From Roseibium aggregatum (GTDB lineage: Bacteria > Pseudomonadota > Alphaproteobacteria > Rhizobiales > Stappiaceae): 64,000 nt of DNA. Every line of letters begins with the position of its first letter. The first letter of the stretch is position 1. Under the pieces are notes generated by a model. The model ran no database searches, was not told where the DNA came from, and was given only the letters and a program-made list of their open reading frames with translations. Shown one piece after another: positions 39,991 to 51,668 of the stretch. The stretch covers positions 1 to 64,000 of the forward strand of contig NZ_JABFCZ010000013.1 in NCBI RefSeq assembly GCF_014692675.1, given 5' to 3'. The position numbers and the translations under genes were made by a program.

Positions 39991-40233
39991 GCTGCAAGAT
40001 CGAAGCCCGGGCGCCATTTCGCAAAAGCAATTTTCAATTGACAGCTTGTCGCAGCCTCTGGTGCAAGGCCGCACGCATCCCCATATCAAGGAAGACGGAC
40101 AGAAACGGTCCGTCGTCCCCTCCCCGAGATCCGCTCTCCCCCGGCGGATCTTCATAAACTTAGGGCCGGACGCCAAAAGCGCCGGCCCTGTTTTCTTTTC
40201 AGATCAAGTCGGTGGCCGTATCGCCTGTCCGGC

Positions 40234-41196
40234 CTACATGAACAGCTTTTCGTTCTTCATGTCCTTGTAGAGATAGGCGACCTGCTCTTCATAGCCGTTG
40301 TAAAGCAGGGTATCGCGGCGTTCGTCGGTCCCGAGCAGCCTTTCGCTCGCCTGGCTCCAGCGCGGATGCGGCACCTTGGGGTTCACGTTCGCCCAGAAGC
40401 CGTATTCCGATGCCTGGATTTCCTCCCAGAAACTCACCGGACGCTTGTCGGTGAAGGAAATGCGCACGATCGACTTGATCGACTTGAACCCGTATTTCCA
40501 GGGCAGGGCCAGCCGCAGCGGGGCGCCGAACTGTTTGGCGAGCGGCTTGCCGTAGACCCCGGTGACCATGAAGGTCAGCTCGTTGGTCGCCTCTTCCATG
40601 GTCAGCCCCTCCACATAGGGCCAGGGATACCAGCTCTGTTTCTGGCCGGAGGCGACATCGGGGTTCTTGAACGTCTCGAAGCGGAGATACTTGGCCCCCG
40701 ATTTCGGCCCGGCCAGCTTGACCAGCTCGGAAAGCTGGAAACCGGACCAGGGCACGGCCATCGACCAGGCCTCGACGCATCGGTGCCGGTAAAGCCGTTC
40801 CTCCAGCGGCATCTTGGCCAGGAGGTCATCGATACCAATCGTCTGCGGGTTGTCGATCATGCCGTCGAGCACCACGCTCCAGGGCCGGATCGGCAGGGCC
40901 TGGGCGGCGCGTGCGATCTGCTTGTGCGACCCGAATTCATAGAAATTATTGTAGACCGACGTGACGGATTCGGGCGTCACGTCCCGGCCCAGCGTGTAGG
41001 CCTCGTTGCGCGGAACCGGATAGAGCTTCGCGCTTGGATCGTCCTCGGCAAAGGCAGGCCGTGTGAACATTCCGGCTCCCAGCGCCAGGCTTCCCCCGGC
41101 CATGCCGGCGAGAAACCGCCGCCGGTTCCAGAAGACGTCCTCCGGCGTTGCCGCGCTTTCCGGCAATTCCCAGGACCGTTTGTGAATGATGTTCAT
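40234..41196 (-). CDS. msrP: Protein-methionine-sulfoxide reductase catalytic subunit MsrP (YedY, molybdopterin-dependent)
   Basis: Tat signal (RRRFLAGMAGGSLALGAGMF) and the molybdopterin oxidoreductase core. Confidence 0.9.
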   Translation of the reverse strand: MNIIHKRSWELPESAATPEDVFWNRRRFLAGMAGGSLALGAGMFTRPAFAEDDPSAKLYPVPRNEAYTLGRDVTPESVTSVYNNFYEFGSHKQIARAAQALPIRPWSVVLDGMIDNPQTIGIDDLLAKMPLEERLYRHRCVEAWSMAVPWSGFQLSELVKLAGPKSGAKYLRFETFKNPDVASGQKQSWYPWPYVEGLTMEEATNELTFMVTGVYGKPLAKQFGAPLRLALPWKYGFKSIKSIVRISFTDKRPVSFWEEIQASEYGFWANVNPKVPHPRWSQASERLLGTDERRDTLLYNGYEEQVAYLYKDMKNEKLFM

Positions 41197-41370
41197 GGCG
41201 TCTCACTCCTTGTGCTGCCCTGAAAGATCGGCAAATCGGAGTTCAAAGGCAAATAACGCCCAAGTTACTTTTCGCTGAAAACCCGTGACCGTTCTGTCTA
41301 TCGGCAAGGGCGGCCCGTTCAAAAGCCCCTGCGCCGGAGCGAACCGGCGCAAGGTATCATCGAAGGGGTT

Positions 41371-43479
41371 TCAAGCGGCCTGTTGCCCGGCCCGGCGCAG
41401 CGCATCCTCGGCAGCCTTGCCGGTGAGCTCCGCCATGTGGTCGAATTCGGCCGTGTAGCTTGCCACCCCTGCGGTTGCCGATCTGAGCTCGACGATCAGA
41501 TCGCCGATTTCGGCCTGCGGCATCAGCGCGTTGACCTCGTCCCAGCCGTCCCAGCCCGGACGGCCGTCGAACCCGAGCAGCTGACCGCGGCGCGCGGACA
41601 CGATCGCATTGATCTTGGCCGTGGCCTCGCTCGGACAGACGACGACGACCTTCATGACCGGCTCCAGCAGCACCGGCTTGCACTCCTGCAACCCTTCGCG
41701 GATCGCAAGGATCCCCGCCATCTTGAACGCCTGATCGGAACTGTCGACCGAATGATAGGATCCGTCGGTGAGGCACACGGCAACATCCACCACTGGAAAA
41801 CCGAGCGGCCCGGCCTGAAGGGCTTCGGCAACACCGTCCTTCACCGAAGGAATGTACTGCTTCGGCACAACGCCGCCGGTGATCGTATCGGTGAACTGGA
41901 CGCCTTCACCGCGCGGCAACGGCCTGATGTCCAGCACCACATCGCCGAACTGGCCGTGTCCACCCGATTGTTTCTTGTGCCGGCCGCGGACTTTCGTGCC
42001 CACCCGGATCGTTTCCTGATAGGGCACATGAGGCACGGATGTATCGATGCTGAGCCCGTATTTGCCCGAAAGCCGTTCCTTAGCCACCCTGAGATGCATC
42101 TCGCCCTGACCGCCGAGCATGGTTTCGCTGCTCGCCTGGCTCTGGTGCAGGCGAAGCGACGGGTCCTCCTCGATCAGCTTGCCGAGAGCCGAGGACAGAC
42201 GCACTTCGTCCTGGCGCTTGGATGCAGCCACGGAAATCGACAGCACCGGCTGGGGCAGGCTGAGCGCGGACGGGCCGGCTCCGTTGGCCGCCTCATGCGC
42301 CGATATCTGCAGCCGTTCGCCGGTTTGCACATCCTCGAGCCGGCCAAGGCCGACCAGGTCGCCGGTTGCAGCCGTCGCCCGCTTGACTGCCTGCTGACCG
42401 AATATCGTGAACACCCCGGACACCTTCACTTCGCTGCCGTCGGCCCGGTAGAGCGTGTCGCCGTCGCTCACCTGTCCGCCCAGGACCCGGGCGATGGAAA
42501 GCTTGCCGCCATGGAGCGTATGCAGCGTCTTGACCACCTGAACCGCAGCGCCACTGCCATCCACCGAAAGACGGTCGCGGGTGACCGTCACATCCGGCGT
42601 CTCGTGGCGAAGCGCCTTCAGGAGACGCCCGACACCGTTGCCGTGTTCCGCCGACCCGAAAAAGACCGGACAGATCAGACCGTCCCGGAGTTCACGCACC
42701 AGATCGGCGAATACAAGATCCGGATCGGGTGCGATGTCCTCCAGCAACGCCTCCATCAGATCGTCGTCATGATCGGCAAGCGTCTCGAGCATGGTGTAGC
42801 GGGCTTCCAGCTCCCGGGCCTTGTCCGCATCGGACATGTCGACAAGGGTGCTTTCTTCCTGTTCGTGGTAGACATGGGCCCGTTCCAGCGCCAGGTCGAT
42901 AAAGCCCTTGGCTTCACCGCCTTCCCAGATCGGGATCTGCCTTAGAACCAGAGGAACGGAGGACGCCGGCTGCAATACCTGCAGGACATCGCGCACGCGC
43001 CGGCTGCTCTTGTCGATCTTGTTCAAAAACAAAACCCGCGGGACGGCGCGGGCTTCCAGGCTTTTCAGGATCAGCTGCAAGGCGGGTACCTTGCGCTCGT
43101 CGTCCTCCGCGACGACCACCGCCAGATCCACGCCGTCGAGAACCCCTTCCATTTCCGACAGGAATTCGACCGAGCCCGGGCAATCGATGAAACTGTAGCG
43201 ATCACCGAGATATTCGGTCTCCGCGAAGTTCGCTTCCACGCTCATGCCATGGGCGCGCGCTTCCGGAGACCCGTCCCCTACCGTGTTCCCGCCGGCGACC
43301 GTTCCCTGGCGCGCCACCGCTCCCGTGCGCGCCAGAAGCGCCTCCATGAGACTGGTCTTGCCACTGCCGAACGGCCCGACCAGCGCGATGCATCGCGTGC
43401 CTGATCCTGATGTGGAACCGGAATTGTCTGCCGTGTCGCGGGCCCCGCCGTTCTGCCCGCCCTTACTGCCTTCCGCCAT
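41371..43479 (-). CDS. Elongation factor G-like translational GTPase (EF-G paralog)
   Basis: G1 (VGPFGSGKTS), DCPG, and EF-G domains II-V. About 700 aa. Confidence 0.8.
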   Translation of the reverse strand: MAEGSKGGQNGGARDTADNSGSTSGSGTRCIALVGPFGSGKTSLMEALLARTGAVARQGTVAGGNTVGDGSPEARAHGMSVEANFAETEYLGDRYSFIDCPGSVEFLSEMEGVLDGVDLAVVVAEDDERKVPALQLILKSLEARAVPRVLFLNKIDKSSRRVRDVLQVLQPASSVPLVLRQIPIWEGGEAKGFIDLALERAHVYHEQEESTLVDMSDADKARELEARYTMLETLADHDDDLMEALLEDIAPDPDLVFADLVRELRDGLICPVFFGSAEHGNGVGRLLKALRHETPDVTVTRDRLSVDGSGAAVQVVKTLHTLHGGKLSIARVLGGQVSDGDTLYRADGSEVKVSGVFTIFGQQAVKRATAATGDLVGLGRLEDVQTGERLQISAHEAANGAGPSALSLPQPVLSISVAASKRQDEVRLSSALGKLIEEDPSLRLHQSQASSETMLGGQGEMHLRVAKERLSGKYGLSIDTSVPHVPYQETIRVGTKVRGRHKKQSGGHGQFGDVVLDIRPLPRGEGVQFTDTITGGVVPKQYIPSVKDGVAEALQAGPLGFPVVDVAVCLTDGSYHSVDSSDQAFKMAGILAIREGLQECKPVLLEPVMKVVVVCPSEATAKINAIVSARRGQLLGFDGRPGWDGWDEVNALMPQAEIGDLIVELRSATAGVASYTAEFDHMAELTGKAAEDALRRAGQQAA

Positions 43480-43719
43480 GAAGTGCCTCCCGTTGGTACT
43501 GGGGTTGAAACCCTTACCAGCGCCGACAAGGCCACACATGAACTCAGCTCATTCAGGCTGGACGCGGCCCGCCGCGCCTCGCCCCGCCATGGGGGCGGTT
43601 CTTCATCGTCGCGCCGATTGAACCAATAACGCAAGGGAAACATATGCGGCAGCGCAACATGGACAGCGCTCCGCTCTCACCCCACATTATAAGAAGCCCT
43701 ATCCCCGAAGGACTGAACA

Positions 43720-44076
43720 ATGCCGTCAAGTCCCGACATATTCAGCCGAAATGCCGATCGAATATCCGTCACCAGGACCGCACCGCTCGGGATATTGAAA
43801 TCCGCTCTTCTGACCGGCCCAATTCTCCTTGGCCTGACCCTTGGCGGATATGCCCAGACGCAGCAGTTGCGCGGGATCCCCGACGACCCCAGGTCGAACC
43901 TGCCGTCGGTCAAGGGCATGCTCCAGAGGCAGCAGGACCAGCAGATCGGCACCTTTTCCACCCGGCAGTCCATCGAACAAAGCGAGCGGCGGCAGAATGT
44001 GGACCGGATGAACGAAAATAACAGGGGCTGCACATCGTCCACCGGCACGGACTGCCTGCCTCCTCCCGCGAAATAG
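43720..44076 (+). CDS. Hypothetical small secreted protein (start uncertain)
   Basis: Signal-peptide-like segment ILKSALLTGPILLGLTLGGYAQT, then a polar region with 2 Cys. Confidence 0.35.
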   Translation: MPSSPDIFSRNADRISVTRTAPLGILKSALLTGPILLGLTLGGYAQTQQLRGIPDDPRSNLPSVKGMLQRQQDQQIGTFSTRQSIEQSERRQNVDRMNENNRGCTSSTGTDCLPPPAK

Positions 44077-44167
44077 AGGTTTCCGTGCCGACTTCATGCG
44101 CCGGCCCGGCAAAACCAAAAAGGGCCGGCAAATGCCGGCCCTTCCTGAAACGGTCCTTCGTGACGGA

Positions 44168-44650
44168 TCAGTCGATCGGCTTGAGCGTCAGCTTGCTCAC
44201 GCCGACGGTGATATTGGTGCCTGTCTGGCCTTCGATGCTGAGCGGGTTCAAGGCGATCGACTTGTCGAGCCCGCCGATCAGCGCATTTGCCTTGAGGCCT
44301 GCGCCGAGGCTTGCCCCTGCGGTCACGCCGCCATAGTTGCCGGCGAGCGCCCCGGGCTGCATGTCCGCGCTCGGCGCAACCACGCCCCAGATAAGCGTGG
44401 CCTGATCGACGGATCCGATATCGATCCCGAAATCGCCGACCGTACCGGTGTAATATTCGACCGGACCGCCGGTGGCCGGCTTGTAGTTGCAGCCGAGCGT
44501 CGCCGTGGATCCGATGATGAAATTGGTTTTCTGCTCGACATTGCAGGTCAGTTTGCCGACCTGGAGACCAGGTGCATCCTTTGCCAGAAGGGGCGTCGCC
44601 GAAGCGACGGTGGCAATGAGGGAAAGTGCAATCGGTGCCAAACGTTTCAT
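44168..44650 (-). CDS. DUF992-like secreted protein
   Basis: Signal peptide MKRLAPIALSLIATVASATPLLA. Gly/Ala-rich beta-type sequence with two Cys, typical of Rhizobiales DUF992 proteins (tentative). Confidence 0.5.
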   Translation of the reverse strand: MKRLAPIALSLIATVASATPLLAKDAPGLQVGKLTCNVEQKTNFIIGSTATLGCNYKPATGGPVEYYTGTVGDFGIDIGSVDQATLIWGVVAPSADMQPGALAGNYGGVTAGASLGAGLKANALIGGLDKSIALNPLSIEGQTGTNITVGVSKLTLKPID

Positions 44651-44874
44651 TCTTAACTCCTATGCTACCTGACCGTAACGCGGACGGACGGCCTTTGGTT
44701 CCCAGCCCCGGCCCACGGGACTTGCCCTGTGAGGACCTGCACGACACACACACCACCCATATGGCCCAATTGTGTTGTTTAAAAAAAAACGGTTTCTGAC
44801 CGGAGCGGTCATCCCGTCAGGCAACAAAAAAGGGCGGATCGCTCCGCCCTTTTCTTATCCGTATGAAACCGGTG

Positions 44875-46101
<1,227 letters not shown>

Positions 46102-46191
46102 TCAAGCGCGGCGGACCCTAGTCTCGTACGTCGCAACACGCAAGACAAAGCGGCGCTTCAGCGTAAAAAAGACGCTGGTATTGAGACTGTA

Positions 46192-47319
46192 TCAGGAACG
46201 GGCTTCGAGAATCAGCTTCGGCGTGCGGTCCGCATCAATCAGGGACGCTTTAAGACGCTTCTTCTTGGACTGGCCGTTCAGGCTGTTGACCACCACCGAC
46301 TGGGGCACGTCGACGTTTTTCTGCGCCGCCTCCAGGAGCGTGACATAGCTCTTGGGATGCAGAAGCGTTTCCGTGATCGGCTGCTGATCGATCGATTCCT
46401 GCGTCAGGTGATAGGCCTTGTGCGCGGACTTGTTCGCCGCAACGATCATGCGGTTCTTGGTATTGACCACGATGATCGGCGCGCCGCAGATGTCGAAGAC
46501 CTGTGCATAGTCGACGTCGCCGGCGGCATGGCCGGCCGAAAACAGAACCCCGCCCACACTGCCGCCGAACCGGAAATACATGGCCTCGTAGGTCAGTTCC
46601 ACGTTGTCCGACGATGCGAGCAGGAATTTGGCCCGGCCGGTTGCGCTCTGCCTGCGTGCCAGCGAGGTCAGCGCCAGCGAGACGATGGACCGGCCCACCC
46701 TTTTCTGGATATGGGCGATGTTGCGGCCCAGGATCAGCTTGGCGTCGGAGATCTGGAAGCTTTGCAGGAACCCGGCACTGGCGAAGCGGACATAGCCGAA
46801 ATTGTCCACCAGAAGCACGATCCGGTTCGAGCTCGCAACGAAGTGCTGCAGGATCGGCGCAAGGCCCAGGACGATATTACCCGGATTGGCATCGTCCTCG
46901 CCAAGCGAGGGAAAGCAGATGGCCAGCAGCCGGCCGCCTTCCAGCTCATAGCGGTAGGCCATGAGCGGAACGCCCGGAATGCGGTGGTCCGCGCCGCCGC
47001 CGACGTCATAGGGTCCGGCCTTGCCATCCTTGATCGCCCCTTGAACCAGGCGCAGGATTGTCTTGCGGTCTTCCGGCGTGAGCAGACGCAAGGCCTGGGC
47101 GGATTGCGCTTCCTGAAGATCCTTGATCTCGCTGTTGAAGCTTTGCGACCCGCTCTCGTTCCACAGGATGCTCTTGCGGCTGATGTCGGCGATGAAAAAC
47201 TGCAGCCCGGCCAGATGAAGTGCCGGACCCAGCGTGTCCTTATCAGCTTCGGGAGACTTCTCGACGTCAGAGACCGCAGTCTCCTCCGTTTCCCGACGTT
47301 GCGCTACTTGTGTACTCAT
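46192..47319 (-). CDS. Hypothetical cytoplasmic protein, possibly PAS-like sensory folds
   Basis: About 375 aa with no catalytic motif. Confidence 0.4.
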   Translation of the reverse strand: MSTQVAQRRETEETAVSDVEKSPEADKDTLGPALHLAGLQFFIADISRKSILWNESGSQSFNSEIKDLQEAQSAQALRLLTPEDRKTILRLVQGAIKDGKAGPYDVGGGADHRIPGVPLMAYRYELEGGRLLAICFPSLGEDDANPGNIVLGLAPILQHFVASSNRIVLLVDNFGYVRFASAGFLQSFQISDAKLILGRNIAHIQKRVGRSIVSLALTSLARRQSATGRAKFLLASSDNVELTYEAMYFRFGGSVGGVLFSAGHAAGDVDYAQVFDICGAPIIVVNTKNRMIVAANKSAHKAYHLTQESIDQQPITETLLHPKSYVTLLEAAQKNVDVPQSVVVNSLNGQSKKKRLKASLIDADRTPKLILEARS

Positions 47320-47570
47320 TCGCGTGCCTGGCCGATCTGTTCGGCAATACATGGGTTGAAAAGTATGATCAGGCTTAAAAGCAAAAAAGTTATGAAGACG
47401 ATTCAGACAATCCCAAACATCTGACGGTTCTTGTTTCTTCGCCTTTCGTCGTCGCGAATTGCGACCACAATCCGGTCACGAAATGACACCGGAAGTGCCC
47501 CAAATCGGTCGGCAACCCGGCCAAATCGACCGCCATTGTTTTCCTGTCGCAACCAACGGAGGACAAAGCG

Positions 47571-47870
47571 ATGGTGTCGAGACAATACCGTGAAACCGAT
47601 TTCCAGGTCGAGACTCACGACAATCGTGCGCTGCTGAAGGTCATGGCCCTGTCGACACTGGCGCTGTTGGCGATGGTGGCCGGCATCGCGTTTCCGCAAA
47701 ACAACCTGCTGCTTCTCCTGTGCGCAGCCTTCATCGCCATGTTCGCCGCAACGCTTTGCCTTGCCGGACGCCTCGGCGCAGAACTGGCCGGGATAAACGG
47801 TGACGGAGACGAGCTTGATCCCGCCCTGACACGGATCCGGGTTTCCTCCACCGGGAGTTACAAACAGTGA
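47571..47870 (+). CDS. Hypothetical small membrane protein (2 TM). GTGA-coupled to a second 58-aa membrane peptide at 47867-48042.
   Basis: Hydrophobic segments ALSTLALLAMVAGIAF and LLLLCAAFIAMFAATLCLAG. Confidence 0.35.
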   Translation: MVSRQYRETDFQVETHDNRALLKVMALSTLALLAMVAGIAFPQNNLLLLLCAAFIAMFAATLCLAGRLGAELAGINGDGDELDPALTRIRVSSTGSYKQ

Positions 47871-48119
47871 TCCTGACGAAGCTCAAAAAGGCATCGGCCA
47901 ATCCGGTCCTGCATGAGGCGCGGCCGTTGCTGGTTGCCATTACGATCGGACTTGTCCTTGCCCTGACACTGACCGTTGCCGCGGCCTGGCGCCCCGATCA
48001 TCCCGTCCCGACGCAGACAACGGAAACTTCCGGTTCGATATGACGCCCGAACGCACAGGAATTCCGCGACTAGTTTTCGGAAATGATTCAGGGCCGGCCC
48101 CGGTAAAACCAAGCTGGGA

Positions 48120-48152
48120 GCCAACGACAACCACCAGATTGCTGTCGTTGGC
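48120..48152. repeat. Perfect 10-bp inverted repeat GCCAACGACA-N13-TGTCGTTGGC in the leader of the DUF3775 gene
   Basis: Seen directly in the sequence. Potential regulatory hairpin or operator. Confidence 0.5.
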
Positions 48153-48598
48153 CCCCGAGTGCCCGGTCCGCCCCCGGTAATCAGACTTTTCAGCCCTTTT
48201 TCGATCCGGCCCTGCCTTTGCCGTACCCCGCTTATGCCCGGTGCGGGAAAATTCCGACGGCAACATCTTTTCTTCCGGATCGTCTTTCTTGAAATAAATG
48301 CTAATCGGCACCCCTCCGCCCGGGCAAGATATTTCGCCGGGAAAGGACCATATCCGTGATTTCCCGGACCCATCGACTGAATTTCGGGGATAACTCTAGC
48401 TTTCACTTGATTCCGATTTTTAACCGACCATCCCCGGATCGGAGCATTTGGTCCGCACAGATCCACCAGCCGAAAAAGCAGATCCTGTGCCCGGGACCTG
48501 CCCGTCTCAGGGGCAGGCCAATGCGATCGATGTACAAAATCGTTGCTAAGCGGCGAGACCCGAACCATAAAGAAATCAATAGCAATTGGGAGCCTGCC

Positions 48599-49009
48599 AT
48601 GGACGTCGATTTGACCCTGTCCGCGGAAACAATCCGCCTTCTCGCCCAGAAGGCCCGTGCCGTCTCGTCCCACCTCGAAGACACGTTCGAAGATGGCCAC
48701 GAGGGTGACGTCGAATTCGATGAGGAAACCCTGACCGACACCCATAGCCATGACGGCCTGGCGGAAGAAGAAAACGACGACATGTCCGACGAGGAGCTTC
48801 GGGAGCTGATCGAGGATCTCAATGTCGATGAAGCAGCGGAACTGGTTGCGGTTGCCTGGATCGGCCGCGGCGATTTCGACGCGGAAGACTTCGAACAGGC
48901 CGTGGAAGAGGCCCGTGAACGTGCCGTCGGCCCGACTGCCGACTACCTGATCGGCATGCCGCTTCTGCCGGATTATCTGGAAAACGGCCTCGACGCTCTT
49001 GATCTCTGA
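48599..49009 (+). CDS. DUF3775 domain protein (acidic)
   Basis: C-terminal AELVAVAWIGRGDFDAEDFEQAVEEAR matches the DUF3775 signature. The listed ORF starts 81 codons upstream. Confidence 0.6.
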   Translation: MDVDLTLSAETIRLLAQKARAVSSHLEDTFEDGHEGDVEFDEETLTDTHSHDGLAEEENDDMSDEELRELIEDLNVDEAAELVAVAWIGRGDFDAEDFEQAVEEARERAVGPTADYLIGMPLLPDYLENGLDALDL

Positions 49010-49312
49010 CCGGCGGTTTTCCACCGGCAGAGCGTTTCACCGGAATGTTCTTTTGGAAAACCCGGTTAATTGTTCATTTACCAACTTCACGAAACTCCTG
49101 CCCTCCTGCAGGCTGTCAATCAGCGACAAACGGGAGCAAGGAGCTTTCAGGCAATGTTCCAGGATCACTCGGAAAGTGACACCTTCACCGTTCACAAACC
49201 GTCTCCGTGGCCCCTTGTCGGCGGCATTCTCGCCTTGGCTGCGGTGGTCTGCACATTGCTGCTCGCATTCGGGAACTAGCCTCCGTTCCTTCCGCACGCC
49301 CCGGCATCGTCC

Positions 49313-50275
49313 ATGAAAACGCCCCGCATACCGGCGATTGACGCCCTGCGAGGCGTCGCCATCCTGGCGATGATCGCCTATCACCTGTCCTGGGATCTTT
49401 CCTGGTTCGGCTTCGTCGACTGGCCGGTCTCGGAGGGACCGGGCTGGCGGATCTTCTCCGGCGCGATCGCCGGTTCCTTTCTGTTTCTTGCCGGCGCCGG
49501 CCTGGTTCTTGCCCACCGGGACGGGATCCGCTGGAAGGCCTTCTGGAAAAGGGAGGCGGTTATTGTCGCGGCGGCACTTTTCGTTTCCGCGGGCACTTTC
49601 CTGGCCTTCTCCAATATTTTCGTTCGCTTCGGCATTCTCCATTCGATCGCCGCCGGCAGCCTGATCGCCCTTCCCTTCGTGCGTCTGCCGGCCGTGGTAT
49701 CCTATATGGCAGCGATCGTGGTGGTCACCCTGCCCCGCTGGGCAAGCACCCCGGTCTTCGACGGCGATCTGTTCTCATGGACGGGCCTGGGCACGCCGGC
49801 ATCCGGCTCTGTCGACTATGTTCCGCTCGCTCCCTGGCTCGCCGCCGTGCTGCTTGGTGTCGCGGTCTTCAAGACCCCGGGCATACCGGCTGTTCTCGAT
49901 GCGCTGCGTCCCATGCGCCTCGCCTCGTGGCCCGGCCGCATGATCCGGTTATGCGGCCGCAGGTCGTTGACGATCTATCTGCTGCATCAGCCGATCCTTT
50001 ACGGGCTGGTGTGGTCGCTGGCCGCCGCGGGACTTGCCCCCGACCGGGCCGCGCTCGATTTTCAGGAGAACTGCATCAATTCCTGCGTTCTGGCCCGCGG
50101 CACGGACGCGCAATGTTCGAAGATCTGCGCCTGCACCCTGAACACGCTGAAGGAAGACGGCCTGTGGGAGCCTTTGCTGACAAATCCGGAAGATCCGGAA
50201 CTTTTGCAGGACATGAACAACCACTATTCCGCCTGCAGTTTTCCCCCCGAGAACACCGAAACGCCTAACCGCTAA
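49313..50275 (+). CDS. DUF1624 (heparan-alpha-glucosaminide N-acetyltransferase-like) membrane protein with a C-terminal Cys-rich extracytoplasmic segment
   Basis: N-terminal IPAIDALRGVAILAMIAYHLSWDL, multiple TM helices, and a C-terminal CINSCVLARGTDAQCSKICAC. Confidence 0.6.
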   Translation: MKTPRIPAIDALRGVAILAMIAYHLSWDLSWFGFVDWPVSEGPGWRIFSGAIAGSFLFLAGAGLVLAHRDGIRWKAFWKREAVIVAAALFVSAGTFLAFSNIFVRFGILHSIAAGSLIALPFVRLPAVVSYMAAIVVVTLPRWASTPVFDGDLFSWTGLGTPASGSVDYVPLAPWLAAVLLGVAVFKTPGIPAVLDALRPMRLASWPGRMIRLCGRRSLTIYLLHQPILYGLVWSLAAAGLAPDRAALDFQENCINSCVLARGTDAQCSKICACTLNTLKEDGLWEPLLTNPEDPELLQDMNNHYSACSFPPENTETPNR

Positions 50276-51191
50276 GCCTCGCAAAGGTGCCGAGCGCCCG
50301 CTCCAGCCGGGTCCGGGCAAAGGCGTCGAAGTCGGCGGAAGCGTTCCCCTTCCTCGCCTGATCGAGTGCCCAGAGCACGGAAACCGCATCGCAGCGCACC
50401 TTCATCCTGAGGATCTCCGGGACCGGATCTGCCATCCCGGGCCGGTGCGCTGCATAGGCCTCCAGAAACGCCCGCTCCTCGCCCGGGTCAAATTCATGCT
50501 CCAGGATCGCATAGGCGAGATCCCAAGCCGGACTGGCCATGGCCGAATATTCCCAGTCGATCAGAACCGGGCCATCGCTCCCGGCCAGAACGTTGCCCGG
50601 CGACAGGTCACCGTGGCTTGGAACGGAACCATGGGCATCCGCGACCGGTCCCAGTCGCGCAAGCGCGTCCGCCAGGGGATCGAAGACCGACAGCAGGTCC
50701 GGCCGGCCGGAAAGGCTTGCGCGCTGGTGGGCAATCAGTCCGTCCGGGTCGATCATCCCCCGGAACCGCAGCGGCGCCGAATGCAGCCTGCCGACAAGCC
50801 GGCCGAGCGCTGCCGGTTCCACTGATCCAGGCGCACCGCCTTGCCCGATCGCCCGGGTGAGCAATATGCCGGTGCGGGGATCGAGAACGAGCGCCGGCGG
50901 TGCGATGCCTTGTTCGCCGGCAAGGGCCAGATTGTGGGCTTCCGCCTGCCGGTCGATCAGCCCGGCATTTTCCGGCCTTGGAAGACGAAGCGCAAAATCG
51001 CCGCCAGGCGTGGTGACACGATAGACCCGGTTCGTCAGGCCGTTCAGCCGGAAAACGGACAGAACGGGATCGAGGATCTCCTGCAGGTCCGGGTTGGCTT
51101 CAAGAGCCTTGTCCACGGACTCTCGGTCTGCATCTTGCGAGATCGGAAAATTCGAATCTGGCGCTGGCGGATGAGATGTCATTTGTGGCAC
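50265..51191 (-). CDS. Phosphotransferase (APH/choline-kinase-like) family protein
   Basis: Brenner-like and catalytic region HGDLSPGNVL...VLIDWEYSAM. Confidence 0.65.
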   Translation of the reverse strand: MPQMTSHPPAPDSNFPISQDADRESVDKALEANPDLQEILDPVLSVFRLNGLTNRVYRVTTPGGDFALRLPRPENAGLIDRQAEAHNLALAGEQGIAPPALVLDPRTGILLTRAIGQGGAPGSVEPAALGRLVGRLHSAPLRFRGMIDPDGLIAHQRASLSGRPDLLSVFDPLADALARLGPVADAHGSVPSHGDLSPGNVLAGSDGPVLIDWEYSAMASPAWDLAYAILEHEFDPGEERAFLEAYAAHRPGMADPVPEILRMKVRCDAVSVLWALDQARKGNASADFDAFARTRLERALGTFARLSG

Positions 51192-51247
51192 TTATTACTC
51201 AACTTTTTTCAGGCTCTCAAACGCGCCCCTTCATCCGGACAGATCCC

Positions 51248-51532
51248 ATGCAAGACCTGCCTTCCCCGCATATCACCATAACCTACTGCCGCCAATGCGG
51301 CTGGCTGTTGCGCTCCGCCTGGATGGCGCAGGAAATCCTGTCGTCCTTTTCCGAGGAGGTCGGGTCCCTGACCCTGATCCCGGGAACCGGCGGAACCTTC
51401 GTCATCGCCTGTGACGGCAAGACGGTCTGGGACCGGACAATCGACGGCGGCTTTCCCGAAGCCAAGGTGCTGAAGCAGCGGGTCCGCGATCTGGTCTGGC
51501 CGGAAATGGATCTCGGCCATTCGGACCGTTAA
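51248..51532 (+). CDS. SelT/SelW/Rdx-family thioredoxin-like protein (Cys form, CxxC)
   Basis: ITITYCRQCGWLLRSAWMAQEIL with the CxxC redox motif; about 94 aa. Confidence 0.7.
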   Translation: MQDLPSPHITITYCRQCGWLLRSAWMAQEILSSFSEEVGSLTLIPGTGGTFVIACDGKTVWDRTIDGGFPEAKVLKQRVRDLVWPEMDLGHSDR

Positions 51533-51668
51533 GGGCCGGTAGCTTCAGTCGCTTCAGCCGCTTCCGTCTTCACCGCCTCGTGGATCCGGATGACGGCCTT
51601 GCGCTCCCCCGGCAAGCGGGGCGCCGCCGGCCATCAAAAAATATTCTTGAGGCAGGTGATTTCGGTCG

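Noticed and set aside
41383-42945. 520-aa ORF on the + strand
   Set aside because: Antisense to the EF-G paralog.
48120-48160. Possible tmRNA tag (in-frame ANDN...)
   Set aside because: No tag-terminating AA-stop, and no tRNA-like acceptor or T-arm nearby. The sequence is simply a palindrome.
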